The notes: generated by a model from the letters alone, not told the origin. A stretch of 64,000 nucleotides of DNA from Luminiphilus sp. (GCA_965655505.1 CBFHHJ010000001.1:2134-66133); one strand, 5' to 3'. Positions 34,822-44,812 are shown, counted from the first letter of the stretch. Program-made: numbers and translations.

Positions 34822-37575
34822 ATGACAAAGCGGTTGATTCTGATCGACGGTTCGTCCTATCTCTTTCGCGCCTATCATGCGTTGCCGCCGCTGACCAATT
34901 CCAAGGGTTTAAATACGGGTGCTGCCAAAGGCGTGATCGGCATGGTTCGGAAACTGGTCGCAGAACACCCTGACGATCAGGTAGTTGTCATCTTTGATGC
35001 CAAAGGGCCGACCTTTCGCAACGAGATTTACTCAGAGTACAAAGCTAATCGGCCCCCGATGCCTGACGAGCTGCGCGAACAAATTGAGCCTATTCATTCC
35101 GTGATTAGGGCGCTGGGATTGCCACTCATTTGCGTGGGGGGTGTCGAGGCCGACGATGTGATCGGTACGCTCGCTCGGCGTGCCAGTGAGCAGCAGCGAC
35201 CGGTTTTGGTTTCGACCGGTGATAAGGATATGGCGCAGCTCGTCAACGACCATGTCACCCTCGTCAACACCATGAATAATACGGTGATGGACAGGCAGGG
35301 AGTCATTGATAAATTTGGGATTCCCCCTGAGCTGATTATTGATCTGCTGGCACTTCAGGGTGACAAGGTCGATAACATTCCCGGTGTGCCCGGCGTTGGC
35401 GAGAAAACCGCCCTCGCGCTCTTGCAGGGCTTGGGCGGACTCGAGGAGATCTACAGCAATCTTGATCGGGTGGCCGAACTGGAGGTGCGCGGCGCCAAGA
35501 AGTTGGGTGAAAAGCTCGATGCCAACAGGGAGTCTGCCGAGTTGTCTTATCGCTTGGCGACGATAAAAACCGACTGCGAGTTGCCCCTCGCCGACGATGA
35601 CTTGGTTTCAAAACCTGCTGACCGTGATGAGCTGACGCGTTGGTACACCGAACTCGAGTTTAAAGGTTGGCTTTCCGAGGTGTTGACCGGTGACGCCGGA
35701 GAAGGTCCAGCAGGGGCGGGGGCGGAAACAGAGGGTGAGGCAGAAGTTCAAGCGGCCACTGCGTCACCGCTGGATGTTGTTGTTATTCAGGATATGGCGA
35801 CCCTGAGGGAATGGCTCAATCGCTTAGAAGCTGCCGAGCTGTTTGCCTTCGATACCGAAACGACAAGCCTCAATTACATGCAGGCACAGGTGGTCGGTGT
35901 GTCATTTGCCGTTGAACCGGGTAGCGCCGCCTATGTCCCGCTGGCACACGACTATCCCGGTGCACCCGAGCAGCTTGATCGGGATACTGTACTGGCGCTG
36001 TTAAAGCCGATTCTCGAAAACCCTGCAAGTTATAAGGTCGGACAGAACCTCAAGTACGATGCCAATGTCCTGCTCAATCATGACATCGAGTTACAGGGCA
36101 TCCGCCATGATTCGATGTTGGAGTCCTATGTGTTGGACTCCACGGGCACTCGGCACGACATGGATTCGCTGGCGCTCAAATACCTGGGGCAGCGCGCGAT
36201 CAGTTTCGAAGAGATCGCGGGCAAGGGTGTGAAGCAATTAACCTTCAATCAAATCGCCTTGGAGCAGGCGGCGCCTTATGCCGCTGAAGATGCGGACATC
36301 ACATTGCGACTGCACCATGCTCTGTGGGCAAAGCTTGAGTCTGAGCAGCCTCTTTCTGCGCTCTATCGCGATATTGAAATCCCCTTGGTGCCGGTTTTGA
36401 CGCGTATAGAGCGTAACGGTGCGTTGGTGAGCCGTCAGCAACTTGCCGATCACAGTCATGAACTTGCCGAACGATTGCGCGCCCTGGAGGAGCAAGCCTA
36501 TGAACTCGCGGGTCAGAGCTTCAATTTAGGTTCCCCTAAGCAGCTTGGCGAGATACTGTTCAACAAACTGGAGCTGCCAGTACTCAAAAAAACACCAAAA
36601 AGGGCACCCTCGACGGCCGAGGATGTCCTGGCAGAGCTGGCATTGGACTACCCGCTACCCGCGGTGCTGATGGAATATCGGAGCCTGTCAAAGCTTAAAT
36701 CGACCTATACGGATCGGTTGCCCGAGGTCATCGATCCCAATACCGGTCGGGTACACACGTCGTACCATCAAGCGGTTACCGCAACGGGGCGCTTGTCATC
36801 ATCCGACCCGAATTTGCAGAACATCCCCATCCGCACGGAGGAGGGTCGCCGGATCCGCCGGGCGTTTTGTGCTCCGGAGGGTCGCCGAATCGTTGCGGCA
36901 GATTACTCTCAGATAGAGCTACGCATCATGGCGCATCTGTCTCAGGACGCCGGCTTGCTGTCAGCTTTTGAGAAAAATCTCGATGTTCACACGGCAACGG
37001 CGGCGGAAGTGTTTGGCGTTCCTTTGGACGACGTATCCGGAGATCAGCGGCGCAAAGCTAAGGCGATTAACTTCGGGTTAATTTACGGCATGTCGGCATT
37101 TGGTTTGGGCAAACAGCTTCAGACCGGTTACAAAGAAGCACAGGAATACATTGATCGGTATTTCTCACGCTATCCTGGTGTTGCCGACTACATGACCCGA
37201 ACTCGGGCTTTGGCCCACGATCAGGGCTATGTAGAAACCCTCTTTGGCCGACGTCTGCACCTCCCAGAAATTAATGCGCGCAACAAACAGCGACAGCAAG
37301 CGGCTGAACGCACCGCGATTAACGCCCCTATGCAGGGAACAGCCGCCGATATCATCAAGCTTGCCATGATAGCCGTCGATGATTGGCTTTCGGGGGGCAC
37401 AATTGATGCCCTGATGATCATGCAGGTGCACGATGAGCTGGTGTTTGAGGTCGCCGAGCCGGAGGTCGATAAGCTGCTCGGTGCCCTACCCGAGTTGATG
37501 GCGGGTGTGGCTAAGCTGGATGTGCCGCTGCTGGTAGAGGCGGGCGTGGGGCTAAATTGGGATGAAGCGCACTAA
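34822..37575 (+). CDS. polA: DNA polymerase I
   Basis: 5'-3' exo LIDGSSYLFRAYHA, 3'-5' exo FDTET/NLKYD/YAAED, polymerase ADYSQIELR, QVHDEL. Confidence 0.99.
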   Translation: MTKRLILIDGSSYLFRAYHALPPLTNSKGLNTGAAKGVIGMVRKLVAEHPDDQVVVIFDAKGPTFRNEIYSEYKANRPPMPDELREQIEPIHSVIRALGLPLICVGGVEADDVIGTLARRASEQQRPVLVSTGDKDMAQLVNDHVTLVNTMNNTVMDRQGVIDKFGIPPELIIDLLALQGDKVDNIPGVPGVGEKTALALLQGLGGLEEIYSNLDRVAELEVRGAKKLGEKLDANRESAELSYRLATIKTDCELPLADDDLVSKPADRDELTRWYTELEFKGWLSEVLTGDAGEGPAGAGAETEGEAEVQAATASPLDVVVIQDMATLREWLNRLEAAELFAFDTETTSLNYMQAQVVGVSFAVEPGSAAYVPLAHDYPGAPEQLDRDTVLALLKPILENPASYKVGQNLKYDANVLLNHDIELQGIRHDSMLESYVLDSTGTRHDMDSLALKYLGQRAISFEEIAGKGVKQLTFNQIALEQAAPYAAEDADITLRLHHALWAKLESEQPLSALYRDIEIPLVPVLTRIERNGALVSRQQLADHSHELAERLRALEEQAYELAGQSFNLGSPKQLGEILFNKLELPVLKKTPKRAPSTAEDVLAELALDYPLPAVLMEYRSLSKLKSTYTDRLPEVIDPNTGRVHTSYHQAVTATGRLSSSDPNLQNIPIRTEEGRRIRRAFCAPEGRRIVAADYSQIELRIMAHLSQDAGLLSAFEKNLDVHTATAAEVFGVPLDDVSGDQRRKAKAINFGLIYGMSAFGLGKQLQTGYKEAQEYIDRYFSRYPGVADYMTRTRALAHDQGYVETLFGRRLHLPEINARNKQRQQAAERTAINAPMQGTAADIIKLAMIAVDDWLSGGTIDALMIMQVHDELVFEVAEPEVDKLLGALPELMAGVAKLDVPLLVEAGVGLNWDEAH

Positions 37576-37585
37576 CCCAGTAACG

Positions 37586-37618
37586 CTTGGGGCTATCTTG
37601 GGCCTATCTTGGGCCTAT
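37586..37618. repeat. 11-bp tandem repeat x3
   Basis: CTTGGGGCTAT|CTTGGGCCTAT|CTTGGGCCTAT between convergent polA and engB. Confidence 0.85.
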
Positions 37619-37628
37619 GTAGGTTCGC

Positions 37629-38369
37629 TTATTTCGCCGGTGTCGGCGGTTTATTTGGGAGATCGGTTGCTTCGGCAGGAGCGCTGTCGATCCCTTCGGT
37701 GGTGTCTGCGTCGTCGTCCTCAGGCTCGTCAAAGACTGACTCATCGGTCAGCCAGCGTTTCAATTTGCCTTCAAGTTCTTTCAAGCCGTCCCGTTTGAGC
37801 GATGAAAACAGCTGCACGCTGGCAAGTTCGCCATATTCCATCAATCGGGCGCGCACCGAAAGCAATGTATTTTTGGCGGGACCGCGCTTGAGCTTGTCGG
37901 CTTTTGTTAGCAGGACGTGAACGGGCATGCCGGCGGTGGCCGCCCAGCTAATCATCTGCTCATCCTGATCTCTGAGGGGGTGGCGGACATCCATTAGTAG
38001 TATGAGGCCGCGTAAACTCTGGCGCTCTTGCAGGTATTGTTCTAGGTGTCGATTCCAGGCTTGCTTCATCTTCAGCGGAACTTTGGCGTAGCCATAGCCG
38101 GGTAAATCGACCAGTCGCTGGGTGTCGCTTAGGCTGAAGAAGTTAATGAGTTGGGTGCGTCCCGGGGTGCGTGATGTTCGGGCAAGTTTTCGGTTTTCAG
38201 TCAGCGTATTGATAGCGCTAGACTTTCCTGAGTTTGATCTGCCGGCGAAGGCGACCTCCGAGCCGGTGTCCGGCGGGGCGTTATCGAGGGCGCTGGCGCT
38301 CTGCAGGAACTCGGCAGTGCGGAAGTTGACCGTACCCAAGGCCGGTTTATTAGAAAAATCAATGCTCAT
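37629..38369 (-). CDS. engB: Ribosome biogenesis GTPase EngB/YihA
   Basis: [26 protein letters not shown]; acidic C-terminal tail. Confidence 0.95.
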   Translation of the reverse strand: MSIDFSNKPALGTVNFRTAEFLQSASALDNAPPDTGSEVAFAGRSNSGKSSAINTLTENRKLARTSRTPGRTQLINFFSLSDTQRLVDLPGYGYAKVPLKMKQAWNRHLEQYLQERQSLRGLILLMDVRHPLRDQDEQMISWAATAGMPVHVLLTKADKLKRGPAKNTLLSVRARLMEYGELASVQLFSSLKRDGLKELEGKLKRWLTDESVFDEPEDDDADTTEGIDSAPAEATDLPNKPPTPAK

Positions 38370-38400
38370 CGGTCTCTTTTATCCGGCGCGTACGATTGAC

Positions 38401-38406
38401 TATAAT
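38401..38406 (+). promoter_or_regulatory. -10 element for the c5-c4-dsbA genes
   Basis: Perfect TATAAT ~90 nt upstream of the cytochrome c5 start; only a weak -35 (TTTATC). Confidence 0.45.
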
Positions 38407-38497
38407 GCCACGACCTGGAGCCCATGTGGGGTGCCCACGGATTTGTTACCAATTTGTAATTGCCGGCGAACTGCTCGCCTGGCGCTGAGGAGATATC

Positions 38498-38818
38498 ATG
38501 AATTCATTAAACGTAATTCGTCGTGCCATCGCACCTGCAACGCTTCTCTTCGCTGTGGCAGTTGCTGGCCCAGTTGCAGCTGAGCCCAACATGGATAAGT
38601 ACAACAAGTCCTGCGGTGTCTGTCATGCGGCAGGTGTTGCTGGTGCGCCAATGGCCCACGATGCGGCGGCTTGGGCGCCACGTCTCGAGAAAGGTATGGA
38701 TGTGTTGTTGGCCTCGGTCAAAAATGGACTCAATGCGATGCCCCCAACGGGATTGTGCGCCGACTGCTCCGATGAAGAGTACAAAGAGCTAATTACTTTT
38801 ATGTCATCACCGAAGTAA
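38498..38818 (+). CDS. Cytochrome c5 family protein
   Basis: Signal peptide, CGVCH, GLNAMPP.GLC.DC. Confidence 0.92.
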   Translation: MNSLNVIRRAIAPATLLFAVAVAGPVAAEPNMDKYNKSCGVCHAAGVAGAPMAHDAAAWAPRLEKGMDVLLASVKNGLNAMPPTGLCADCSDEEYKELITFMSSPK

Positions 38819-38844
38819 CTCGCTTCAACCAAAGGATCTAAGTC

Positions 38845-39495
38845 ATGTTTTCACGAACACTTGTTCGGAGTTTTTTTGTTGCCGCATTTACGGCTGTTCT
38901 GAGTGCGGCGGCCAACGGCGCTGCAGTCATCAAGGGCGACGCCGCTGCCGGTGAAGGCAAGGCCGTGACCTGCGGTGCCTGTCACGGGGTCGATGGCAAC
39001 AGTGCTGTACCGAGCTTCCCCAAGCTTGCAGGGTTGGGCGAGAAATATTTGCTCAAGCAAATGCAGGACATTCGCGATGGCCTGCGCCCGGTTGCTGCCA
39101 TGGCGGGGCAGGTCGACAATATGTCTGACCAGGATCTCGCGGATATCGCCGCTTTTTATGATGACCAAACTCGAACGCCCGAAATGGCCGACGAGGAGCT
39201 CGTCGAGCTGGGTCGAAAAGTGTACATGGCGGGAATCATGGATCGAAAGGTCGCCGCTTGCTCTGGGTGCCACAGCCCCACGGGCAAAGGTAATGGCCCC
39301 GGTGGTTTCCCTGGCCTCGCCGGACAGCACGCCGACTACATTGCGGCGCAGCTGAAAATGTTCCGCAAGGGTTATGAAGACCCTAGCGGCCGCGTTAACG
39401 ACGGCGACAGCAAAATCATGCGCACCACAGCGTTTGAGCTTTCCGATCTCGAGATTGAGGCGGTGGCTAGCTACGCTTCGGGCCTGAAGCAATAA
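38845..39495 (+). CDS. Diheme cytochrome c4
   Basis: Signal peptide, CGACH and CSGCH, PKLAG/PGLAGQ. Confidence 0.94.
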   Translation: MFSRTLVRSFFVAAFTAVLSAAANGAAVIKGDAAAGEGKAVTCGACHGVDGNSAVPSFPKLAGLGEKYLLKQMQDIRDGLRPVAAMAGQVDNMSDQDLADIAAFYDDQTRTPEMADEELVELGRKVYMAGIMDRKVAACSGCHSPTGKGNGPGGFPGLAGQHADYIAAQLKMFRKGYEDPSGRVNDGDSKIMRTTAFELSDLEIEAVASYASGLKQ

Positions 39496-39516
39496 CAGTT
39501 AAACCAAGGAAGGTTA

Positions 39517-40164
39517 ATGATGCTTAGACGCGCTTTTATCAACGTTTTTGGGGGCTTTGCAGCCCTCGTGGTTGCTGCAAGCTGCAGCGCTGAGACTGCC
39601 ACCTGGCAGCTGGGTACCCACTACGATCGTGTTACCCCAACTATTCGTGTGGGTGCCAGCGACGATATCGTAGTTAGCGAGTTTTTTTGGTACGGATGTG
39701 GGCACTGCTACACCTTTGAGCCCATGATCGAGGCGTGGAAAAAACAGCTTCCAGATGACGTTGTTATTAGCCCGTCGCCGGCCATGTGGAATGGGCCTAT
39801 GCAGCTGCATGCAAAGGCGTACTACGTTGCTGAGACGCTGGGTGTCTTAGACCCGATGCATACGGTGCTCTTTAAGGCGCTGAACGTTGAGCGACGTCGC
39901 CTAAACAGCGAGGCCGCCCTAAAAGAAATCTTTGTTGAGAATGGCGTCGCGCCCGAGGATTTTGACCGCGCGTTCAACGCGTTTGGTGTTGATAGTCAGG
40001 TGCGTCAGGCCGATGCCCGCGCGCGCTCCGCGAAGATTTCGGGTACGCCATCACTCATGGTTAACGGCAAGTACCTTATTACCCCTCGCAAGGCTGGTAG
40101 CCAGGCAAACATGATTTCGATCGCTGAGTTTTTGATCGAGCAAGAGCGTAACGAAGGGGCCTGA
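39517..40164 (+). CDS. dsbA: Thiol:disulfide interchange protein DsbA
   Basis: EFFWYGCGHCY, GTPSLMVNGKY; engB-c5-c4-dsbA synteny. Confidence 0.92.
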   Translation: MMLRRAFINVFGGFAALVVAASCSAETATWQLGTHYDRVTPTIRVGASDDIVVSEFFWYGCGHCYTFEPMIEAWKKQLPDDVVISPSPAMWNGPMQLHAKAYYVAETLGVLDPMHTVLFKALNVERRRLNSEAALKEIFVENGVAPEDFDRAFNAFGVDSQVRQADARARSAKISGTPSLMVNGKYLITPRKAGSQANMISIAEFLIEQERNEGA

Positions 40165-40262
40165 TTTGTTGCCTAGAGGACGCCCACGGGTGTCCTCGAA
40201 ACTCCCGGAGCCGCTTGGCTTCGACTTAATAAGCGTCGGTTAGACCCAGGCCTTGGGTAAAC

Positions 40263-40742
40263 CTAGGCGCTGTGCAGCGGCAGCGCGGTCTTACTGACCA
40301 CGCGTCTCAATTCGAAGCTCGAGTGCACTCCGGCGACTCCAGCGATGCGAGTCAATTTTCCGAGCAAAAACTGCTCGTAATGGCTCATGTCGGGGACCAC
40401 CGCCTTGATAAGATAATCGGCGCTTTGGCCTGTGACCACGCAACATTCCATAACTTCAGGGTAGCCGGCTACCTCGATTTCAAAGGCTTCAAATCGTTCG
40501 GGCGTGTGGCGATCCATCGTGATGCCGATGTGTGCGGTGAGGGCTAGCCCCAACTTTGCCTGATTCAACAGCGTGACACGCCGCTCAATGATCCCATCGA
40601 CTTCCAATCGTTTGACTCGGCGCGCACAGGGGGTTGGGGATAGCCCCACTGTCTCGGCAAGTTCCAAGTTGCTTAGCGCGGCATTCGACTGCAGCGCCTT
40701 CAATATTTTTATGTCGGTGCGGTCAAGCTCAGCAATGGCCAT
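40263..40742 (-). CDS. Lrp/AsnC family transcriptional regulator
   Basis: LDRTDIKIL..LQ, LAETVGLSPTPCARRVKRLE HTH, RAM domain; ATG 40742. Confidence 0.93.
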   Translation of the reverse strand: MAIAELDRTDIKILKALQSNAALSNLELAETVGLSPTPCARRVKRLEVDGIIERRVTLLNQAKLGLALTAHIGITMDRHTPERFEAFEIEVAGYPEVMECCVVTGQSADYLIKAVVPDMSHYEQFLLGKLTRIAGVAGVHSSFELRRVVSKTALPLHSA

Positions 40743-40907
40743 AAATTGGCTTCCTACACTATTAAATAGATAGTTATTGGAGGATATCACTAAAAAGCAA
40801 CCATTGGGCCTGTGTTTTTGGCGACAATAACTCGCGCAGGCAGGCTAGAATCTCTGCTCATAAATCACTATTGGTCGGCTTGCGTCCGGCCTGCAGGGAG
40901 CAGCACC

Positions 40908-42593
40908 GTGGAACAGCAATCCGCCCGCAATTTCGATCACCGGAAATACCGTCCATTTCAGCCGGTTGTAAAGTCAGACCGGCGGTGGCCCGACCGTACC
41001 ATTGATAAGGCACCTATCTGGTGTTCAGTCGACCTACGTGACGGCAATCAGGCGCTGGTCGAACCGATGAACGCGGACCAAAAGCTCCGTCTTTGGGAGC
41101 AGCTCGTTGCTATCGGATTTAAAACAATAGAGGTGGGTTTTCCCTCCGCTTCGGTTCACGATTTCGATTTTTTGCGCAAACTCATTGAAGAGGACCGCAT
41201 TCCAGACGATGTCACGGTTCAGGTCTTGGTTCAGGCTCGGGAAGCTTTAATCACTCGCACCTTCGAAGCGCTCGCGGGTGTGAAGCGCGCAGTAGTGCAT
41301 TTTTACAATTCGACCTCCACGGTTCAGCGCCGGGATGTTTTCGATCTCGACCGCGAGGGGATTACGCAGATTGCCGTTGAGGGGGCGCGCCTTGTCGCGG
41401 CCGAAGCGGCGCGCTATCCCGGTACTGACTGGATTTTTGAATACAGTCCGGAAAGTTTTACCGGCACCGAACTCGATTACGCAGTAGAAATCTGTGACGC
41501 AGTGTCGGAGGTGCTTGCACCAACGCCCGAAAACCCGCTTATTCTGAACCTGCCAGCCACCGTGGAGATGAGTACACCCAACATTTACGCGGATCAAATA
41601 GAGTGGTTTTGTGATCATGTCGCTAATCGGGAGTCGTTGCTGATTTCACTGCATACCCACAACGACCGGGGCTGTGCAGTAGCCGCCGCGGAATTGGGTG
41701 TGATGGCAGGGGCCGACCGCGTCGAAGGCACCTTGATGGGTAATGGTGAGCGCACCGGCAATATGGATATCGTCACGATGGCGATGAATCTTTACAGCCA
41801 GGGCGTCGACCCCGAACTGAATTTAGAACACATGGATGAGATTATTGCCGTGGTGCGTGACTGCACACAATTGCCAGTGCATCCGCGTCATCCATACGCC
41901 GGTGAGTTGGTGTTCACAGCGTTCTCAGGCAGTCACCAAGATGCCATCAACAAATGTCTGTCGCGCCGTAATCCCGATGACGGCTGGGATGTCGCTTACC
42001 TTCCCATTGACCCTTCAGATATCGGCCGTACCTATCAGGAAGTCATTCGCATCAATAGCCAGTCAGGCAAAGGGGGAGTTGCGTACATCCTCTCGCGTGA
42101 TTACGGACTCGAATTGCCCCGGTGGTTGCAAATTGATTTCAGTGCAGCTGTGCAGGCTTTGGCTGAGGCAAGTGAGACGGAGGTTTCATCCCAGGCTATT
42201 TTTGAGCTTTTCAAAACAACCTACCTTTCGCCAACGGCAGACTGGTCCTTGGGCAATTATCAGCTAGCTCGTGAGGAGGGCGTGGACGCGCTCAAGGCCG
42301 TGCTTGCAGCACCGTCGGGGGAGACCTCAATCAACGGGCGCGGTAACGGCGTGGTGGATGCCTTCGTGAACGCTATGGAAGCTTACACCGGACGGAAAAT
42401 CGTTTTGGTGGAATACAGCGAACACACCTTGGGCCAGAGCGCCGACGCTGAGGCAGTCTGTTATGTGCAGCTGAATATTGATGGGGACCGTCCCTGCGGT
42501 GTCGGACGAAGTCACGATATTGTGCAGGCGTCATTGGCAGCCATAGTGTCAGCGCTGAAGGACCATGGTTTAGAGGCCAGTGCTGCCGCTTAG
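40908..42593 (+). CDS. leuA: 2-isopropylmalate synthase (type 2, Pseudomonas/yeast-like)
   Basis: WCSVDLRDGNQAL, HTHNDRG, GNGERTGN, AFSGSHQDAI; GTG 40908 after GGGAG. Confidence 0.95.
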   Translation: MEQQSARNFDHRKYRPFQPVVKSDRRWPDRTIDKAPIWCSVDLRDGNQALVEPMNADQKLRLWEQLVAIGFKTIEVGFPSASVHDFDFLRKLIEEDRIPDDVTVQVLVQAREALITRTFEALAGVKRAVVHFYNSTSTVQRRDVFDLDREGITQIAVEGARLVAAEAARYPGTDWIFEYSPESFTGTELDYAVEICDAVSEVLAPTPENPLILNLPATVEMSTPNIYADQIEWFCDHVANRESLLISLHTHNDRGCAVAAAELGVMAGADRVEGTLMGNGERTGNMDIVTMAMNLYSQGVDPELNLEHMDEIIAVVRDCTQLPVHPRHPYAGELVFTAFSGSHQDAINKCLSRRNPDDGWDVAYLPIDPSDIGRTYQEVIRINSQSGKGGVAYILSRDYGLELPRWLQIDFSAAVQALAEASETEVSSQAIFELFKTTYLSPTADWSLGNYQLAREEGVDALKAVLAAPSGETSINGRGNGVVDAFVNAMEAYTGRKIVLVEYSEHTLGQSADAEAVCYVQLNIDGDRPCGVGRSHDIVQASLAAIVSALKDHGLEASAAA

Positions 42594-42712
42594 TCTGCGC
42601 GCTCTCAACTGAAAAAAGGCAGAGGAGGGCTTAACGGCAGTGTCCGTGAGCCCGAGCCCTGTGTCACAATATCGCTACTCCGTATCTAGCGGGTTGATCG
42701 GACTGCTCTGCG

Positions 42713-43855
42713 ATGGCTGTCGAACAAAAACATGCTCCTGTGCGCAAGAAGTCGGATAACTTGGGTCTATTCGAGCAGCTTCGGCGTGAGTTGTTTCAGT
42801 CGGAGTTGATTGCCCCGACAAACGTCGACTCCCACGATATCCAGTTTTCCCGGCGCATGGCTGTGTACCGGGCTATGCTGGTTCTAATGCTCTTTTCGGT
42901 ACTCGTCATCTTGGGTGAAACCCTGATGACTGGCGCGGAGCAGCTGTTGACCCTCGGTGTGTCGGGTATCGCCGCAGCAGTGCTGAGCGCAACCCTTTTT
43001 GTGCTGACTGTCCAAGGGCGGGTGTTAGTGCCGCCCATTATCACTCTGGCGCTGAACTTTACCGTTGTGCTCCTTGCGCTGCGTGCAGGTGGCGATCACC
43101 ACCTGCGCTGGCTGTTTCCACTCATGATTGCACTCGCCGGTCTACTGCCGACGGTCGTTGCCCTGTTCTTTGGCACGGTCATGTTGATTGCTCTAGCTCT
43201 TTTTTGGGGTGGAGCCGACACGGATCACAGTCTCGCGGATGCCGCGGCACTAACGGCGACGTGGCTGATTTCGCTGGCCGTCATGCGGTTACTCACCCTG
43301 CACAGTGACGAGTTGGCGGATTTGGCCCTCTACGACCCGCTGACCGGCGCCCATAACCGACGGTATCTGGTGCCGCAAATTGAGCGGAACCTTGCTGACT
43401 TCGAGCGCTACGCTCGGATGTCATCCCTGCTGATGATCGATCTGGATCACTTCAAGCGGATCAATGATGAGTTTGGGCACAGCCAGGGCGACAAGGTGCT
43501 TCGGGCCATGGTTGCGCTGATCGAAGATCGGATTCGCGGCGTAGATATGCTGTACCGCCTCGGCGGTGAAGAGTTTTTAGTGATCCTGAGTGAGGTGGGC
43601 AGCACCACGGCCGCAAAAATCGCCGATGAGCTGCGGATTGGGATTGAGGGACTGGAGGCACTGCCAGGCCAGACCGTCACCGTCAGCATAGGGGTTTGTG
43701 ATGTTACTAAGGCGGAATCTGCCGAGGATTGGCTCGCTAAGGCGGACGCGGCGATGTACTCCGCCAAAGAGAAGGGCCGTAACCGTGTCGAAGTTGATGC
43801 TTCTGAAGCCGATATCGATGCGCTCACTAGAGGCAATGTACCGATCTGGCGCTAA
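42713..43855 (+). CDS. Membrane-bound diguanylate cyclase
   Basis: ~5 TM N-terminus, DPLTGAHNRR, IDLDHFK.IND..GH..GD, RGVD I-site 5 aa before GGEEF. Confidence 0.92.
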   Translation: MAVEQKHAPVRKKSDNLGLFEQLRRELFQSELIAPTNVDSHDIQFSRRMAVYRAMLVLMLFSVLVILGETLMTGAEQLLTLGVSGIAAAVLSATLFVLTVQGRVLVPPIITLALNFTVVLLALRAGGDHHLRWLFPLMIALAGLLPTVVALFFGTVMLIALALFWGGADTDHSLADAAALTATWLISLAVMRLLTLHSDELADLALYDPLTGAHNRRYLVPQIERNLADFERYARMSSLLMIDLDHFKRINDEFGHSQGDKVLRAMVALIEDRIRGVDMLYRLGGEEFLVILSEVGSTTAAKIADELRIGIEGLEALPGQTVTVSIGVCDVTKAESAEDWLAKADAAMYSAKEKGRNRVEVDASEADIDALTRGNVPIWR

Positions 43856-44717
43856 GCTGCTTGTCACCCTGTTGGCTTCTGTTCTCTTAGCTGCCTGTTC
43901 GAGTACAACGTTTTTTTATCATCAACTCGATACGCTTATCGCGTGGTATGTCGATGATTACATCGACTTCACCCGAGCCCAGTCCAGCGCCTTTGATGAC
44001 GAGATCGACGCACTTATCGCTTGGCACCAGCGCGAGGAATTGCCCCGTTACGTCGAGCTTCTATCGGATTTCGAGGCGCGGTTAGACCAGCCATTAACCG
44101 AGAGGGATACGCAGGCGATCTCTGATCAGTTGGAGGCTGCGGCGAGCCGTATTCAGAACCGCGCACTCGATACCATGCTGGCGTTTGGCGCAGACCTCGA
44201 TCATGAGCAGCGGGTCGACTTTGTTGCGGCTCTGCAAGAGCGGCAAGTTGAGTTGGGAGAGGAGTGGCTAGAGAGAACTGATGAAGCGTATTACGAAGCA
44301 ATCATCGAGCGGTTCGAGGATAATTTTAGCGACTACATCGGTCGATTAACGCCAGAGCAAAAAGCTGTCATCAGTGACTACAGTAGTGAATTTATTCGCA
44401 TTGATACGCTCTGGTTAGAAGACCGTGCACAGTGGATAGAGACCTTGGCGGCAATCATCGAGCGAGATGACCCGGACTGGCCCGCTCAGGTTCGAGCAGC
44501 GGTTGATCAGCGGGCTGACCGCAGAAGTCTTGCCTACACCACGGGTTATACCCACAACACCCAGCAGTCTTGGGCCATTTTTAGAGCAGTTCTTAATGCG
44601 CGAACTGACGTTCAAGATCGCCGGCTGCGTCGTTCAATCAATGACTATATCGACGACTTTATCTCGCTTGCTGCGGAAGTTGACGACGGGCCCCGTGAGC
44701 CCGCAGCCGCTGGCTGA
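43836..44717 (+). CDS. Uncharacterised helical lipoprotein (DUF6279-like)
   Basis: Lipobox LLAAC after ATG 43836, Y..LD.LI.WYVDDY..WH...ELP.Y pattern; overlaps the DGC stop by 20 nt. Confidence 0.75.
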   Translation: MYRSGAKLLVTLLASVLLAACSSTTFFYHQLDTLIAWYVDDYIDFTRAQSSAFDDEIDALIAWHQREELPRYVELLSDFEARLDQPLTERDTQAISDQLEAAASRIQNRALDTMLAFGADLDHEQRVDFVAALQERQVELGEEWLERTDEAYYEAIIERFEDNFSDYIGRLTPEQKAVISDYSSEFIRIDTLWLEDRAQWIETLAAIIERDDPDWPAQVRAAVDQRADRRSLAYTTGYTHNTQQSWAIFRAVLNARTDVQDRRLRRSINDYIDDFISLAAEVDDGPREPAAAG

Positions 44718-44767
44718 AACCCACCGGGCCGAACCGGTTGATGAATGACGAGCTCGTCGACTAGACG

Positions 44768-44807
44768 CTGTTTTAGCCCAATAGGCCCTGTTTTAGCCGA
44801 ATAAGCT
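44768..44807. repeat. 20-bp tandem duplication
   Basis: CTGTTTTAGCCCAATAGGCC / CTGTTTTAGCCGAATAAGCT (17/20) just past the ilvD stop. Confidence 0.75.
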
Positions 44808-44812
44808 GTGCG

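Noticed and set aside
36840-36890. Direct repeat GGAGGGTCGCCG in polA
   Set aside because: Reflects the protein repeat EGRRI in a conserved Pol I segment; not a mobile or regulatory element.
37576-37628. Spot 42 sRNA (found between polA and yihA in enterobacteria)
   Set aside because: The spacer is only 53 nt and is filled by an 11-bp repeat.
40176-40260. Hairpins after dsbA (GAGGACGCC/GGTGTCCTC and others) as an intrinsic terminator or REP
   Set aside because: No U-tract on either strand, and no second copy noticed in the window.
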